A stretch of DNA of 20,332 bases from Synechococcus sp. (GCA_051439425.1 JBFRWD010000154.1:1-20332); one strand, 5' to 3'. Positions 7,691 to 19,117 are shown, counted from the stretch's first letter. Translations and numbers: made by a program. Notes: generated by a model not told the origin, from the sequence alone.

Positions 7691-9520
7691 ATGTCCTCGC
7701 AATCACCCCGTCCATCCATTGGCGCTTCCGCGCGCGAGCCTGAACCCCGCTCTGCTGGGAAGGGACTGCGCGGTCTGTTTCTGATGGCGGTGAGCACCGG
7801 CTTGCTATTTGGGGCGATCGGCCCCAGACTGGCTTACCTGCAAATCGTTCAGCAAGATCTCAATCGAGAGCTAGCCGAGAACAATCGCATTCGACTCATC
7901 CCCAAGCCTCCAGAACGCGGTCAGATTCTCGATCGCCATGGTTCGATGCTGGCCGGTAGCCAGTTAGCCCACAGCGTTTTTGTGTGGCCTCTGGCCCAGC
8001 CTCAACAAGATTGGCAACCTGTCATCGAACGATTGGCCACACATCTCGACATTCCAGCCAGCAATATCACCGAACGACTCAACCAAGCTGGGTACAGTTC
8101 GCCTCTCCCCGTCCGAATTCTGCGCAATGCCAGTCCCTCACAAGTAACGCGGCTGCAAGAACACATTGCTGAAGTCCCCGGCACCATCGTCCGGCCCGAA
8201 GCCATTCGTTACTATCCCAACGAGACCTTGGCAGCCCATCTCCTCGGGTATACCGGCGAAATTTCTCCAGAAGCGTTGGAAGCCGCCCCCAGAAGTGCCG
8301 ACTATCGATTGGGAGATGTGGTCGGTCAAGTAGGTGTGGAGCGTACTTATGAAACCGCGTTGAGGGGGCAATGGGGGGGGCAGCGGGTTATGGTCGATGC
8401 TGCCGGACACGTACTCGAGATTTTGGGAGAGCAGCCTGCACGAACGGGTAATCCGGTCCAGCTTAGTTTGGATCTCAATCTACAACAGGTCGCCGAGGAC
8501 GCGTTGGGAGACCGAAAAGGAGCGGTAGTCGCCCTCGACCCCAGAGACGGAGCCGTTTTAGTGATGGCTAGCTACCCCACCTTCGACCCCAACATGTTTT
8601 CCAGGGCGGTTGCGCAAGAGCAGTGGGATGACTTACAAAACCAGCAGTTTCCATTCCTCAATCGCTCAATGCGGGCGTATCCCCCTGCCAGCACCTTCAA
8701 AGTTGTCACCGCCACCGCCGCGCTAGAATCGGGCAGCTTTTCCCCGTCGTCCACCTTGCAGACAGGACCGTACATTGTGGTGGGGGGCTGGCAGTTTTGG
8801 GATTGGAACCGAGCTGGGTTCGGCGTTCTGGGCTTTCCACAAGCACTTGCCTACAGCAGCGATACGTTTTTTTATCAGACAGCGCTGCGCATGGGGGCCG
8901 AGCCCCTCCAGTATTGGGCACGGCAGTATGGATTTGGTTCTCCCACCGGGATTCCGCTAGTGGGCGAGGCTGCGGGCATAGTTCCGGATAGCGAGTGGAA
9001 GCAGGACAATTTGGGGGAAGTTTGGTACGCCGGCGATACCGTTAATATGTCCATCGGTCAGGGGTTCACCATCGGCACCCCTCTGCAGGTGGCTGTGATG
9101 ACGGCAGTCGTAGCGAATGGGGGCTGGCGCGTTACCCCTCACTTACTCGCCAATCCTCAAGAACAACCTCAACGGGAGTCCCTAGGACTGTCTCCAGAAA
9201 CGTTAGCGGTATTGCAAACAGGGCTGCGGGAAGTGATTACGGGGGGAACGGGTCGTGGTTTGGCCCTTGCGGTCGATCTTCCCGGCATTGCAGGCAAGTC
9301 GGGAACAGCGGAAGATCCGCCTCGTGATTCCCACGCTTGGTTTACCGCCTACGGCCCGTATGACAATCCAGAAATTGTTGTGGTTGCTTTTTTAGAAAAC
9401 AGCGGCGGTGGTGGTAGCAGCCAAGCAGGCCCGATCGCCCACAAAGTGTTAGACGCCTATTTTCGGCACCAGCTAGATACCGTAGTACGCACTGGCGGGG
9501 CTAATGATGAGGCGAGCTGA
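7691..9520 (+). CDS. mrdA: Penicillin-binding protein 2 (class B transpeptidase)
   Basis: N-terminal TM, dimerisation motifs RGQILDR and RYYP, GVERTYE; catalytic motifs STFK (SxxK), SSD (SxD, typical of PBP2) and KSGT. Confidence 0.9.
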   Translation: MSSQSPRPSIGASAREPEPRSAGKGLRGLFLMAVSTGLLFGAIGPRLAYLQIVQQDLNRELAENNRIRLIPKPPERGQILDRHGSMLAGSQLAHSVFVWPLAQPQQDWQPVIERLATHLDIPASNITERLNQAGYSSPLPVRILRNASPSQVTRLQEHIAEVPGTIVRPEAIRYYPNETLAAHLLGYTGEISPEALEAAPRSADYRLGDVVGQVGVERTYETALRGQWGGQRVMVDAAGHVLEILGEQPARTGNPVQLSLDLNLQQVAEDALGDRKGAVVALDPRDGAVLVMASYPTFDPNMFSRAVAQEQWDDLQNQQFPFLNRSMRAYPPASTFKVVTATAALESGSFSPSSTLQTGPYIVVGGWQFWDWNRAGFGVLGFPQALAYSSDTFFYQTALRMGAEPLQYWARQYGFGSPTGIPLVGEAAGIVPDSEWKQDNLGEVWYAGDTVNMSIGQGFTIGTPLQVAVMTAVVANGGWRVTPHLLANPQEQPQRESLGLSPETLAVLQTGLREVITGGTGRGLALAVDLPGIAGKSGTAEDPPRDSHAWFTAYGPYDNPEIVVVAFLENSGGGGSSQAGPIAHKVLDAYFRHQLDTVVRTGGANDEAS

Positions 9521-9754
9521 CAAGCGATGCCAGCGAGAAGATAGCGCGAGTCGACCCCCATACTGAGCAACGGGCAATCATTTTATGCATCAACAACAGT
9601 CATGATTCTCCGCACATCTTAGGATTTATGGGTCGGCAAATCTGAAGAAAAATACAAGGAATCCCCCTTAAACCCCAAGTGAGAGCTGTAAAATCAAGCT
9701 AGTCTTTTTTGGTTCCCATAACTAAAACTGCTGGTTGTAAATTTGGAGTTAGGG

Positions 9755-10039
9755 ATGAATAAAGGTGAATTAGTCGATGCGGTAGCCGATAAAGCTGGCG
9801 TTACGAAGAAAGAGGCAGATGCAGTAGTCTCTGCTGCGATCGACGTGATCGTGCAAACAGTTGCAAGTAAAGAAAAGGTCACCTTGGTGGGGTTTGGCTC
9901 GTTTGAGCCCCGTCATCGTAAAGAGCGCGAAGGTCGCAATCCAAAGACCAACCAAAAGATGGTCATTCCAGCTACCACTGTCCCTGCATTTTCTGCTGGT
10001 AAATCGTTTAAAGATGCAGTCGATCCGAAGAAGAACTAG
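9755..10039 (+). CDS. hup: DNA-binding protein HU
   Basis: MNKGELVDAVA...VTLVGFGSFE...GRNPKT...IPATTVPAFSAGK; GGAG at 9745-9748 supports ATG 9755 over TTG 9743. Confidence 0.96.
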   Translation: MNKGELVDAVADKAGVTKKEADAVVSAAIDVIVQTVASKEKVTLVGFGSFEPRHRKEREGRNPKTNQKMVIPATTVPAFSAGKSFKDAVDPKKN

Positions 10040-10087
10040 GGCAAAGCTTTCGAATACCCTTTGAGTGGATTCTCGATTCAATGCACG

Positions 10088-10111
10088 GAGCGCTGTTACA
10101 GCGCTCTTGTT
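10088..10111 (+). terminator. Probable intrinsic terminator of hup
   Basis: GAGCGCTG-tta-CAGCGCTC stem (10088-10106) followed by TTGTT. Confidence 0.7.
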
Positions 10112-10141
10112 CGTTTAATATAGCTTTTCTGAAAAAACTGG

Positions 10142-10186
10142 CCCCCATCCCCAACCCTTGTCCCAATTTGGGAGAGGGGAGCAAGA
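10142..10186. repeat. REP-like/small dispersed palindromic repeat of the cyanobacterial CCCCATCCCC..TCCCAAnTTGGGAGAGGGG type
   Basis: Imperfect palindrome CCCTTgTCCCAA-t-TTGGGAGAGGGG preceded by CCCCCATCCCCAA. Resembles intergenic repeats recalled from cyanobacterial genomes; only one copy in this window. Confidence 0.5.
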
Positions 10187-10202
10187 GACTACGCCCCTAA
10201 TA

Positions 10203-10240
10203 GTTTTGTTAAGCGATGAAGGTTTTGTTAAGCGATGAAG
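10203..10240. repeat. Perfect 19-bp tandem duplication
   Basis: GTTTTGTTAAGCGATGAAG at 10203-10221 and 10222-10240. Confidence 0.95.
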
Positions 10241-10386
10241 TCAATTATCCTGCTCAAGTGGTTCTGTCGACCTGACTTTGAAAACCATGACCTCACCATT
10301 GTGGCCACCATGGTTGAATGAAGACCCACGAAGGACTCGGCTTTCGGAGGGTGGACTGGCAACCCTCTGCCTGTAAAGGCCCGATC

Positions 10387-11343
10387 CTAATTGAGGGATG
10401 ATGGGGGAAAAGACTCGGAGTAGGCGCTTCCCGGGGTGGTGAGCTTACCGTTGGACGCTCCATTCACGATGGGTTGATGCAGGCTAATCAGCTGGTTCAA
10501 ACGACGGGTAAGCTTCGGACGTCGAACGATCGCATCAATCAGCCCATGTTCCATCAAATATTCTGCAGTTTGGAAGCCTTCAGGTAGTTTCTGTCGAATG
10601 GTCTGCTCGATAACCCGTCCACCCGCAAATCCAATTAACGCACCGGGCTCAGCCAGAATAATGTCACCCAACATGGCATAACTGGCCGTTACCCCTCCAA
10701 ATGTGGGGTGGGTTAACACGGAGATAAAGAGTTGACCGGCTGCTCGATGGCGCTCCAAAGCAGCAGACGTCTTTGCCATCTGCATCAGGCTAAAGATACC
10801 TTCGTGCATGCGGGCTCCGCCAGACGCACAGCAGACAATGAGAGGGAGATGTTCGGCAGTCGCTCGTTCGATCAGGCGTGTGAGCTTTTCTCCCACCACC
10901 GAGCCCATGCTGCCCCCCATAAACCGGAAATCCATAATGCCTAGTGCAACCGGGATCGGCTGGTGAATGGAATCGCCGCGCAGTTGACCGATGCCCGTGA
11001 CGATCGCATCTGACAGGTGAGTTTTATCTTGGGTCGCCCGAACGCGATCGCGATAGGACTGGCGATCGACAAACTCTAAAGGGTCGCCAGACACCAGGTT
11101 GTTATCCAGCGAAGTCCAGGTATCCAGATCGATCAACTGCTCCAATCGCTCTTCAGACGTTGCGCGGTAATGGTGCCCGCAATCGGGGCACACCAGGAAG
11201 TTCGTTTTTAAGTCTTTGCTGTAGGTCAGTGCATCGCAAGACGGACACTTTTGCCACAAGTCATCAGCAATCTCCCGCTCTTGGCGTTCTTTGCTGATGG
11301 GAGTGTCTTTACGTCGGTCTGCAAACCAGTCAAACAGAGACAT
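10387..11343 (-). CDS. accD: Acetyl-CoA carboxylase carboxyltransferase beta subunit
   Basis: [12 protein letters not shown] start, Zn finger LWQKCPSC...[38 protein letters not shown]. Confidence 0.97.
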   Translation of the reverse strand: MSLFDWFADRRKDTPISKERQEREIADDLWQKCPSCDALTYSKDLKTNFLVCPDCGHHYRATSEERLEQLIDLDTWTSLDNNLVSGDPLEFVDRQSYRDRVRATQDKTHLSDAIVTGIGQLRGDSIHQPIPVALGIMDFRFMGGSMGSVVGEKLTRLIERATAEHLPLIVCCASGGARMHEGIFSLMQMAKTSAALERHRAAGQLFISVLTHPTFGGVTASYAMLGDIILAEPGALIGFAGGRVIEQTIRQKLPEGFQTAEYLMEHGLIDAIVRRPKLTRRLNQLISLHQPIVNGASNGKLTTPGSAYSESFPPSSLN

Positions 11344-11570
11344 GTATTCCGCCGCCTGTCGGTCCTTCCTTACTATGCTAGAGCAATCTTGACGCCGAGC
11401 TACTATCCTGCACTTTTACCTACATCGCACGTGTGTAGCCAAGCCAAGGTCACATCAATGAGGAAGCTTCGGTCGTTGCCAAGCTTCAATAGGGATGGGT
11501 AATAGCTGCCAGAGCGGGAAAACTGTAAGCCGTCCCTGAAACTGGGTTGAGAGAGTCTCGGGGAGAGTCA

Positions 11571-11634
11571 CCCGATGTTGCCACCATCGTTGTCCTAATG
11601 TTGAGACCATCTTTCCTAATGTTGGGACCATCTA
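11571..11634. repeat. Three-copy ~21-bp tandem repeat, core ATGTTGnnACCATC
   Basis: cccgATGTTGccACCATCgttg (11571-11592), tcctaATGTTGagACCATCtt (11593-11613), tcctaATGTTGggACCATCta (11614-11634). Confidence 0.85.
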
Positions 11635-11672
11635 TCATCAAGGCCGTATAGGTCAATTGCTATTCAACGTTC

Positions 11673-11885
11673 CTAGTTGATGGGAGATTGTTCCTCCTTG
11701 ATTAACTGGGTTGCGACATACGCATTTCGTTTCTCAACCAAAATAGCCGTTGTCGCGCCCGAGCCGAAATAAACTGTCGACCCCAAATCTATCAAGCGGG
11801 TGGGAATGTCATACCCCGACAGTAGCTGCGCTAAGAGCTCTGCCTCCCAACGGTTGGCCTTTGTGCACAATCGAGTCCACGCCAT
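11673..11885 (-). CDS. DUF2007-like putative signal-transducing small protein, 70 aa
   Basis: W..L.....RWEAELLAQLL....IP.R..DLG...YFG.G pattern of cyanobacterial DUF2007 proteins; GGAGG upstream of ATG 11885. Confidence 0.7.
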   Translation of the reverse strand: MAWTRLCTKANRWEAELLAQLLSGYDIPTRLIDLGSTVYFGSGATTAILVEKRNAYVATQLIKEEQSPIN

Positions 11886-12146
11886 ATTCGCCTCCCACTT
11901 GACCGAACTCATATTAACGTGAGCCTTCGGTCGGGGTAGAACAATGAACTCAAGTTTGACGCATCGCTAATTGGGAGCGAGTAACGGCTAGGATTGCTTT
12001 CAAACAAGAGGGGTGGGGCAAACCAGTCATTTATTAAACACAACCCTCACTTTGCGAGATCGGCCTTCATGGGCAGTTGATTTTGATTGTCTGGGTTATC
12101 ATTCAGTCATATTGAACAAATATTAAGTTGAGTTACAGATTCGCAG

Positions 12147-13274
12147 ATGCAGGTTGTTCCGAACTTTTCCGCCCTCGCTTCTAACTCCTTAGAAAAGAAT
12201 GCATATCAGGCTCTTCAGTGGAGCAAAAACTTTTTTGGAGTGTTCCACAAAATCGCATCCACCCGTGCAGGGCTGGCGATAACTGATACCTCAACAGCTA
12301 TTCAGCAGCTTTTTGAGGGGAAGTTTCCTGACTTGAGCTCCTCGTCGGCATCATCCCAAATGGCCAGCCCGCAAACGCTCAATATTGTCAGGCAGAGATT
12401 CGAGCGTATTTTGGAGGTCGATTGGCAGGACGCAGAGAATGGCCTGTATCCTAAAGCTTTGCTGTTCGACAACCCTTGGCAGGATTTTTTCCGGTTTTAT
12501 CCGCAAGTGTGGTTTGACCTACCCGGAATGTTGAATCGAGTAAAACGCAAGAGATATCAGGAGTTCAATCCGACGATTGACACTGACAACTATCCTAAGT
12601 ACTACCTGCAAAATTTTCACCACCAGACTGACGGGTACCTGAGCGATCGCTCGGCTGAACTCTACGATTTGCAGGTGGAATTATTGTTCGGGGGTAGTGC
12701 TGACATTATGCGACGCCGGGTGATTCGTCCCATCATCGACACCTTCGGTCATCCCGATAAATCCACTCGCATACTAGATATAGCTTGCGGCACCGGCAGA
12801 ACGCTGCGGATGTTAAGGGGCGCATTTCCTGACTCTAAACTCTTCGGAACCGATCTGTCCCCGGCTTATTTGCGTAAAGCCAATCAATTATTGAGCGAGT
12901 TATCTGGGGAGTTGCCTCAACTCTTGCAGGCAAATGCTGAAGAACTTCCCTATGCAGATAAAGCTTTCGACATCGTCACCAGCGTCTTCCTATTCCACGA
13001 GTTGCCGGGTGAAGCTCGCCAAAACGTCATTAACGAAGCCGCTAGAGTGCTAAAACCCGGCGGATTAATTGTGATTTGCGACTCTATCCAGATGAATGAC
13101 TCGGCAGAGTTAAGCGAGTTGATGGATACCTTCGATACCGCGCTCCACGAACCTTACTATCGCGATTACATTCGGGATGATTTGGGCAAACGCCTAGAAT
13201 CAGAAGGGTGCGAGGTGGTAGAGACTGAGGTGCATCTTATGAGTCACTACACCATTGCCCGTAAGCCTGCTTAA
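12147..13274 (+). CDS. Class I SAM-dependent methyltransferase (UbiE-like, conserved cyanobacterial family)
   Basis: Motif I ILDIACGTG, GTDLS, NAEELPY, FDIVTSVFLFHELP, RVLKPGG; family motif YYLQNFHHQTDGYLS. Confidence 0.88.
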   Translation: MQVVPNFSALASNSLEKNAYQALQWSKNFFGVFHKIASTRAGLAITDTSTAIQQLFEGKFPDLSSSSASSQMASPQTLNIVRQRFERILEVDWQDAENGLYPKALLFDNPWQDFFRFYPQVWFDLPGMLNRVKRKRYQEFNPTIDTDNYPKYYLQNFHHQTDGYLSDRSAELYDLQVELLFGGSADIMRRRVIRPIIDTFGHPDKSTRILDIACGTGRTLRMLRGAFPDSKLFGTDLSPAYLRKANQLLSELSGELPQLLQANAEELPYADKAFDIVTSVFLFHELPGEARQNVINEAARVLKPGGLIVICDSIQMNDSAELSELMDTFDTALHEPYYRDYIRDDLGKRLESEGCEVVETEVHLMSHYTIARKPA

Positions 13275-13386
13275 CCGGTTTTGCCTTACAACACGTGGCA
13301 ATATTTGACGGGGAGCGATATCCCTCTGAGAAACTGTTTAATAAATGCAACCTTTCACCTACCGTCAGTCCTGGCGGTGACTCCCC

Positions 13387-14370
13387 ATGCTCGGTTCTGA
13401 GGCGATCGCCCTCCATTCCAATTCCAATGCCCTCAATCTAGCCGGCCCACAAGAGACCAATCTTAAGTTGGTATGCCGTCTGACGGGGGCTCAAGTAGCC
13501 GTGCGCGGCGATGAATTGTGGACAACAGGGACGGAGTCTCAACGTCAGCGGGTTAAAGCGTTGGTTGAGCTACTGTCCCCCCTCTGGCAACAAGGTAGTG
13601 CAGTCACCGAGGTCGATGTCGAAACGGCGTTGGGAGCGCTGAATACGCACCAAGAGGAGCGCTATCGCACCTCTCAGAATCAGGTGTTGGCCGTCAATCG
13701 CAAAGGGGAATCGATTCGCCCTAAAACCCCTCGCCAGCAGCAATACATTACAGCGATAGAGACTCACGACCTGACCTTTGGACTAGGCCCAGCAGGAACG
13801 GGCAAGACCTATTTGGCGGCGGTAGTGGCTATACAGGCGTTGAAAGACCGCAAATACGATCGCCTGATTCTCACCCGACCGGCGATCGAAGCTGGAGAAC
13901 GGTTGGGTTTCCTACCCGGCGATTTACAAGCAAAGATCGATCCGTATCTGAGGCCGCTGTACGACGCACTGTACGAATTCATCGATGCGGAAAAAGTCTC
14001 CCAGTTGATGGAACAGGGGGTGATTGAGATTGCGCCGCTGGCCTATATGCGTGGGAGAACCCTCAGCAATGCCTTTGTCATCTTGGACGAAGCTCAAAAC
14101 ACCACTCCCGAGCAAATGAAGATGGTACTGACGCGGATTGGATTTCAGTCCCGCATGGTGGTGACGGGCGATCTGAGTCAGACTGACTTGTTAGCCCACC
14201 AAACATCTGGTTTGACAATGGCAGCTAGGATTTTGGAAGGGGTCGAAGGAATCGCCACCTGCCGGTTTAAACAGCAGGATGTCGTTCGCCATCCGCTGGT
14301 GCGTCGAATTGTGGCCGCTTACGAAAAATTTGAGGCTGGAGACAAACAGCCTCCCAAACTCAGGAAGTAG
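13387..14370 (+). CDS. phoH: PhoH-family ATPase
   Basis: Walker A GPAGTGKT, RPAIEAGERLGFLPGD, YMRGRT, Walker B ILDEAQN, GDLSQTDL, VRHPLV. Confidence 0.93.
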   Translation: MLGSEAIALHSNSNALNLAGPQETNLKLVCRLTGAQVAVRGDELWTTGTESQRQRVKALVELLSPLWQQGSAVTEVDVETALGALNTHQEERYRTSQNQVLAVNRKGESIRPKTPRQQQYITAIETHDLTFGLGPAGTGKTYLAAVVAIQALKDRKYDRLILTRPAIEAGERLGFLPGDLQAKIDPYLRPLYDALYEFIDAEKVSQLMEQGVIEIAPLAYMRGRTLSNAFVILDEAQNTTPEQMKMVLTRIGFQSRMVVTGDLSQTDLLAHQTSGLTMAARILEGVEGIATCRFKQQDVVRHPLVRRIVAAYEKFEAGDKQPPKLRK

Positions 14371-14397
14371 AACTGACACAGAGAATTCGATACCGAT

Positions 14398-14428
14398 AAA
14401 AGGCCAGCGAGGAGTTACCCCGCTGGCC
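14398..14428 (-). terminator. Terminator between convergent phoH and glsF (U-tract on the minus strand)
   Basis: GGCCAGCG (14402-14409) and CGCTGGCC (14421-14428) form a stem, preceded by AAAA at 14398-14401. Confidence 0.72.
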
Positions 14429-14471
14429 ATATAATTACGCTGGCTAATTCAGTTGTTTCTCGTACAACTGG

Positions 14472-17400
14472 CTACTTCGCGACAGCAGGTTCCTCGCTTA
14501 CAGCCGGTTGACTGTGGGTGAGTTCGGTATTGTCCTCAGACGGTGGGACAACTTGCCAGAACTTAGGCAAGTACTCATCCCAACGTTCCAGTATCAAGGC
14601 TGCTTTCGGACTACCGGTGCGATCGCTATGGCGTTGAATAAACCCTCGCAATTCCTCTTGCGCAGCAGTCGTTTGAATCCTCTGAATGCGCACAATCTCG
14701 CCATTCACTTTCGAGGGCAAGTTACCGGCTTCATCCAATAGGTAAGCCATGCCGCCCGTCATACCGGCTCCAACATTGCGGCCCACTTTACCCAGGACAA
14801 CGATGCGGCCACCGGTCATGTATTCGCAGCAGTGATCGCCAGCCCCCTCAATCACCGCCTGACCGAGGGAGTTACGCACGGCAAATCGTTCGCCAGCCAC
14901 ACCGCTAGCGTAGAGGGTGCCACCAGTGGCTCCATACAGACAGGTATTACCCAAGATGACATTCTCGTGTGGGGCACGATGGGCCGATACAGGGGGCTTG
15001 ATGACAATCTCGCCACCGTTCATCCCTTTACCGACGTAGTCATTGGCTTCGCCCACTAGCGTTAACGTCATGCCGGGCAGCGTATAAGCACCGAAGCTTT
15101 GTCCGGCACTACCGGTAAAGTCTAAATTAATCTGGCCACCCTTCTCGGCGAATCCGCTATTGCCATACTTCTTAGCTACGCGGCCAGCAATACGGGCGCC
15201 GACCGTACGATCGGTGTTGCAGATATCGGAATGAACGCGTACCTGGCCCACTTGTGCGATCGCCGCTTCTAACTCGGGATTGTGCAGCAGGTCGTTATCC
15301 AGAACGGCACCGTTGCTGTGGACGTCTTCGTGCTCCAACCAGCTGCGATCGTCACGAGTATCGGGCAGATCGAGCAGGCAACTGAGATCGAGTTTGTGCA
15401 CTTTCGAAAGCTGCACGTCAGCGCGAGCCACCAACAAGTCAGAACGTCCCACAATCTCGTCGATCGAGCGATAGCCCAGCTTGGCCAAGATTTGGCGGAC
15501 TTCATCGGAAACAAAGGAGAAGAAGGTGACAACATCTTCAGGAACTCCTGAGAAACGCTCCCGCAGCCGCTCTTGCTGAGTAGCAACACCTACAGGGCAC
15601 TGATTCGTGTGGCAGACTCGCGCCATGATGCATCCGACGGCAATCATGGCCACCGTACCGAAGCCGAATTCCTCAGCTCCCATCATGGCCGCCATCACGA
15701 CTTCCCAGCCAGTGCGGATACCTCCGTCTACACGCAAGATAGAGCGATCGCGCAACCCGTTCTCCATCAACGCTCGATGAACTTCCGTTAATCCCAATTC
15801 CCAAGGACTACCGGCATGCTTAATCGAGCTGAGGGGAGACGCCCCAGTACCACCATCGTGACCGGAAATTTGAATAATGTCGGCGTTGGCTTTGGCAACA
15901 CCAGCCGCAATTGTGCCGATACCGATCTCCGCGACTAACTTCACCGACACTTTCGCTTCAGGATTAATCTGATGCAGATCGAAGATCAGCTGAGCCAGAT
16001 CCTCAATCGAGTAAATGTCATGGTGGGGAGGGGGAGAAATTAGGGATACACCGGGTTTAGAGCGACGCAGACTGGCAATGTAGGTGCTGACTTTGTGCCC
16101 GGGCAACTGACCGCCCTCTCCAGGCTTGGCCCCCTGCGCCACCTTGATTTCAATCTGCTTAGCGTTCAGCAAATATTCAGGGGTGACACCAAACCGCCCG
16201 GAAGCCACCTGCTTGATGGCAGAACTAACGCTGTCGCCAGACTTCAATCCTTTGAGGTGGGGGAACAGAGCGGACTTGCCGTCAGCAGTCACATCGTGGA
16301 TTTGGATAAATCGCGTGGGATCTTCCCCCCCTTCGCCGGAGTTAGACTTACCGCCAATCCGATTCATTCCGATCGCCAAAGTCTCGTGAGCTTCGCGGCT
16401 AAGGGCCCCCAGAGACATGCCTCCTGTGGCAAAGCGGCGAAAGATCTCTTCAGCAGGTTCCACCTCGTCTAGGGGAATGGGCTGGCGATCGCTCTTAAAT
16501 TCCAATAAGTCTCGCAGTGTGGTGGGGGGGCGGCTAGCAATACTGTCGCGATAAACCTCGTACAAGTCGGGATTGTCCGATTCCAGCGCCTTGTGCAACT
16601 GCTTAGCCATCATCGGACTGTTGATGTGGTGCTCTCCTGTACGGCGGGCCTGGATAAAGCCGTAGTTTTCTAGTTTTGTGCCCTGGAGTTCGGGGAATGC
16701 CCTCCCGTGGAAGTCGATGACCTCTTGAGCCAAGTCAGCAAGAGTCAAACCACCAACTCGAGACACAGTGCCGCAGAAGGCCAAATCCACCAACTCAGAG
16801 CTGAGGCCGATCGCCTCGAAAATCTGTGCCCCTTGGTAGCTGGAGAGTAGCGAAATACCCATCTTGGAGAGGATCTTCAGCAGCCCCAGCTCTACCGCCG
16901 CGCGATACTTCAGTTGCACCTCTTCAACAGTCTGAGCTTCTAGCTTGCCATCCGCCATCATCTTTTGAGTCTTAGGCTTGCTCCACCACTGACGAACGGT
17001 TTCGAACGCCAGATACGGACAAACAGCACTGACACCGTAGCCAATCAGGCAAGCAAAGTGGTGGGTACTCCAGCATTGGGCGGACTCAACCACAATGGAT
17101 GCCTGCAGGCGCACCCCTTCTCGAATCAAATGGTGGTGGATGGCACCGGCAGCTAATAGCGGTGGAATAAAAGCATGCTCGGAATCCAGGCCGCGATCGC
17201 TCAATACGAGCGCTTCAGTGCCATCCCGCACAGCAGCTGCTGCTTGGACGCACAACTCACGAACAGCCTTTTCCAATCCCCCCGGCCCATCGGCGATAGC
17301 AAACAAGATCGGCAGGGTCGTTGTCTTGAAGCCTCCGGAGGATAGTTGAGCAAGCTCCGACTCGTTCAGAACTGGACTCTTGAGGTGAAGCAACCGAGCA

Positions 17401-19058
17401 TCTTCCGGTTTAGGGTCGAGTAAATTACCTTTCTTACCAACGTAGGTATCCAAAGACATCACTAAGCTTTCACGCAGTGGATCGATGGCAGGATTAGTGA
17501 CCTGAGCGAACCGCTGCTTGAAGTAGTCGTACAGAGGGTGAGGCTTACTAGAAAGTACTGCTAAAGGGGTATCGTCACCCATGCAGAAGGTGGGCTCTTT
17601 ACCCTTCTCTGCCATCGATTCGACGATCATTTCCACGTCTTCGAGAGAGAACCCGAACGCCGTCTGCATTTGGACCAAACGAGATTCAGATAGCTCGGCC
17701 TGGGTAGAAAAACTGTCTGTTTTTAGGTCGACACGATGTTCGGATAGCCACGCACCGTAAGGGCGCTTGGCCGCAATTTTTTGCTTGATATCCCAGTTCT
17801 TGAGAACAGTACCGTCATGAATGTTCACTGCAAGCATCTGACCGGGGCCGAGACGCCCTTTCTCAACAATGCGCTCTTCAGCAATATCGACAACTCCAGC
17901 CTCAGAGCCAACCAGAATGAAGCCATCGTGTGTAATGGCGTAGCGAGCTGGCCGTAAGCCATTGCGGTCGAGTGCCGCCCCTACCAAGCTGCCATCACTG
18001 AACACGATCAAAGCTGGGCCATCCCAGGGTTCTTGCAAACCGCTGAAAAACTCATAGAAGTCAGTAACTTCAGGATAAGACTCCAGTTCGGGTTGATTGC
18101 GGTAAGCTTCCGGAACTAAGATCGAGAGAGCTTCGGCTGGGTCATAACCAGCCTGAACCATCAGTTCGAGAGCGTTATCCAACGCAGCTGAGTCACTCGC
18201 CTCATCGGAGTTAACGATAGGCTTAATGTCGGCAGCGATCGCATCCAACTTGGGAGCTGTTAATGTACTCTCTCGAGCGGCCAACCAATTTGCATTTCCC
18301 AAGTAAGTATTAATTTCACCGTTGTGGGCTAAGTAGCGCATCGGTTGCGCAAGAGGCCACCGGGGATATGTATTTGTACTGAAACGACGATGATAGGTAG
18401 CGAACGAGCTGATGAACAGGGGATTCTGCAAGTCTAGGTAGAACGCACCTAACACGGAGGAACGCACCATGCCCTTATAGACCAGCGTGCGACAGGAGAA
18501 CGACGCTGCATAAAAGGCCCCAGCACCACAAGCTTGGGTCACGTGTTTGCCTAAGCGGCGGCGAAGAGCGTACAGCTCGTGCTCTAAGTCAGTTCCCATC
18601 AGCGTGGGATGGGCGAGAATGACTTGACAGATAAATGGCAGATTCCCACGCGCCACTACCCCCAACACCTCAGGCTTGATGGGAACGGTACGCCATCCCA
18701 CCAACGAGAAATCTGTGGTGGCAATGAATGCCTCAACCGCTGACTGGACCGCTTGGCGACGGGCGTTGTCCTGAGGCAAGAACAGCATGCCAACCGCCAG
18801 TCGTTCAGTGGCCGGAAGGTCAATCTGAGAAATAGCCGCCCATTCCTGAAATAAATCCCATGGGATGGCGGTCATGATTCCCGCACCATCGCCACTATCG
18901 CCATCACTCCCGCATCCCCCTCGGTGCTCCATGCACTCTAGCGCTGTCAGGGTTTGCTGCACTAGCTTATGGGTGGCTCTTCCTATTCGATCCGCCAGAA
19001 AACCAACACCGCAAGCGTCTCGTTCTTCAGTAAGCCAGCGCAGTGGGGATGCGTTCAT
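14472..19058 (-). CDS. glsF: Ferredoxin-dependent glutamate synthase (Fd-GOGAT)
   Basis: ERDACGVGF (N-terminal nucleophile Cys), [23 protein letters not shown], 3Fe-4S motif [17 protein letters not shown] domain. It carries the Fd-GOGAT-type insertion [21 protein letters not shown], and no gltD follows. Confidence 0.94.
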   Translation of the reverse strand: MNASPLRWLTEERDACGVGFLADRIGRATHKLVQQTLTALECMEHRGGCGSDGDSGDGAGIMTAIPWDLFQEWAAISQIDLPATERLAVGMLFLPQDNARRQAVQSAVEAFIATTDFSLVGWRTVPIKPEVLGVVARGNLPFICQVILAHPTLMGTDLEHELYALRRRLGKHVTQACGAGAFYAASFSCRTLVYKGMVRSSVLGAFYLDLQNPLFISSFATYHRRFSTNTYPRWPLAQPMRYLAHNGEINTYLGNANWLAARESTLTAPKLDAIAADIKPIVNSDEASDSAALDNALELMVQAGYDPAEALSILVPEAYRNQPELESYPEVTDFYEFFSGLQEPWDGPALIVFSDGSLVGAALDRNGLRPARYAITHDGFILVGSEAGVVDIAEERIVEKGRLGPGQMLAVNIHDGTVLKNWDIKQKIAAKRPYGAWLSEHRVDLKTDSFSTQAELSESRLVQMQTAFGFSLEDVEMIVESMAEKGKEPTFCMGDDTPLAVLSSKPHPLYDYFKQRFAQVTNPAIDPLRESLVMSLDTYVGKKGNLLDPKPEDARLLHLKSPVLNESELAQLSSGGFKTTTLPILFAIADGPGGLEKAVRELCVQAAAAVRDGTEALVLSDRGLDSEHAFIPPLLAAGAIHHHLIREGVRLQASIVVESAQCWSTHHFACLIGYGVSAVCPYLAFETVRQWWSKPKTQKMMADGKLEAQTVEEVQLKYRAAVELGLLKILSKMGISLLSSYQGAQIFEAIGLSSELVDLAFCGTVSRVGGLTLADLAQEVIDFHGRAFPELQGTKLENYGFIQARRTGEHHINSPMMAKQLHKALESDNPDLYEVYRDSIASRPPTTLRDLLEFKSDRQPIPLDEVEPAEEIFRRFATGGMSLGALSREAHETLAIGMNRIGGKSNSGEGGEDPTRFIQIHDVTADGKSALFPHLKGLKSGDSVSSAIKQVASGRFGVTPEYLLNAKQIEIKVAQGAKPGEGGQLPGHKVSTYIASLRRSKPGVSLISPPPHHDIYSIEDLAQLIFDLHQINPEAKVSVKLVAEIGIGTIAAGVAKANADIIQISGHDGGTGASPLSSIKHAGSPWELGLTEVHRALMENGLRDRSILRVDGGIRTGWEVVMAAMMGAEEFGFGTVAMIAVGCIMARVCHTNQCPVGVATQQERLRERFSGVPEDVVTFFSFVSDEVRQILAKLGYRSIDEIVGRSDLLVARADVQLSKVHKLDLSCLLDLPDTRDDRSWLEHEDVHSNGAVLDNDLLHNPELEAAIAQVGQVRVHSDICNTDRTVGARIAGRVAKKYGNSGFAEKGGQINLDFTGSAGQSFGAYTLPGMTLTLVGEANDYVGKGMNGGEIVIKPPVSAHRAPHENVILGNTCLYGATGGTLYASGVAGERFAVRNSLGQAVIEGAGDHCCEYMTGGRIVVLGKVGRNVGAGMTGGMAYLLDEAGNLPSKVNGEIVRIQRIQTTAAQEELRGFIQRHSDRTGSPKAALILERWDEYLPKFWQVVPPSEDNTELTHSQPAVSEEPAVAK

Positions 19059-19117
19059 ATCGTGAGTGTTTAATTAGAACGTTGCAAAACAAATTGATGG
19101 TAGGCGTGCGGATTACC

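Larger units (their letters stand above)
3608..18242. repeat. Dispersed HIP1 octamers (GCGATCGC)
   Basis: Seen at 3608, 5983, 6491, 6576, 11044, 12643, 13402, 14619, 15256, 15744, 16485, 17193, 18235 (manual count, may be incomplete). Confidence 0.9.

Noticed and set aside
11455..11580. RNase P RNA or other housekeeping RNA (GAGGAAG start)
   Set aside because: Lacks GAGGAAAGTCC and the other conserved RNase P regions; no tRNA cloverleaf seen.
12122..12139. HLR1-like site before the methyltransferase (ATTAAGTT-ga-GTTACAGA)
   Set aside because: Too many mismatches in the first half-site.
14508..19065. Antisense and off-frame ORFs within glsF
   Set aside because: Typical shadow ORFs of a long conserved gene with no independent coding signal.
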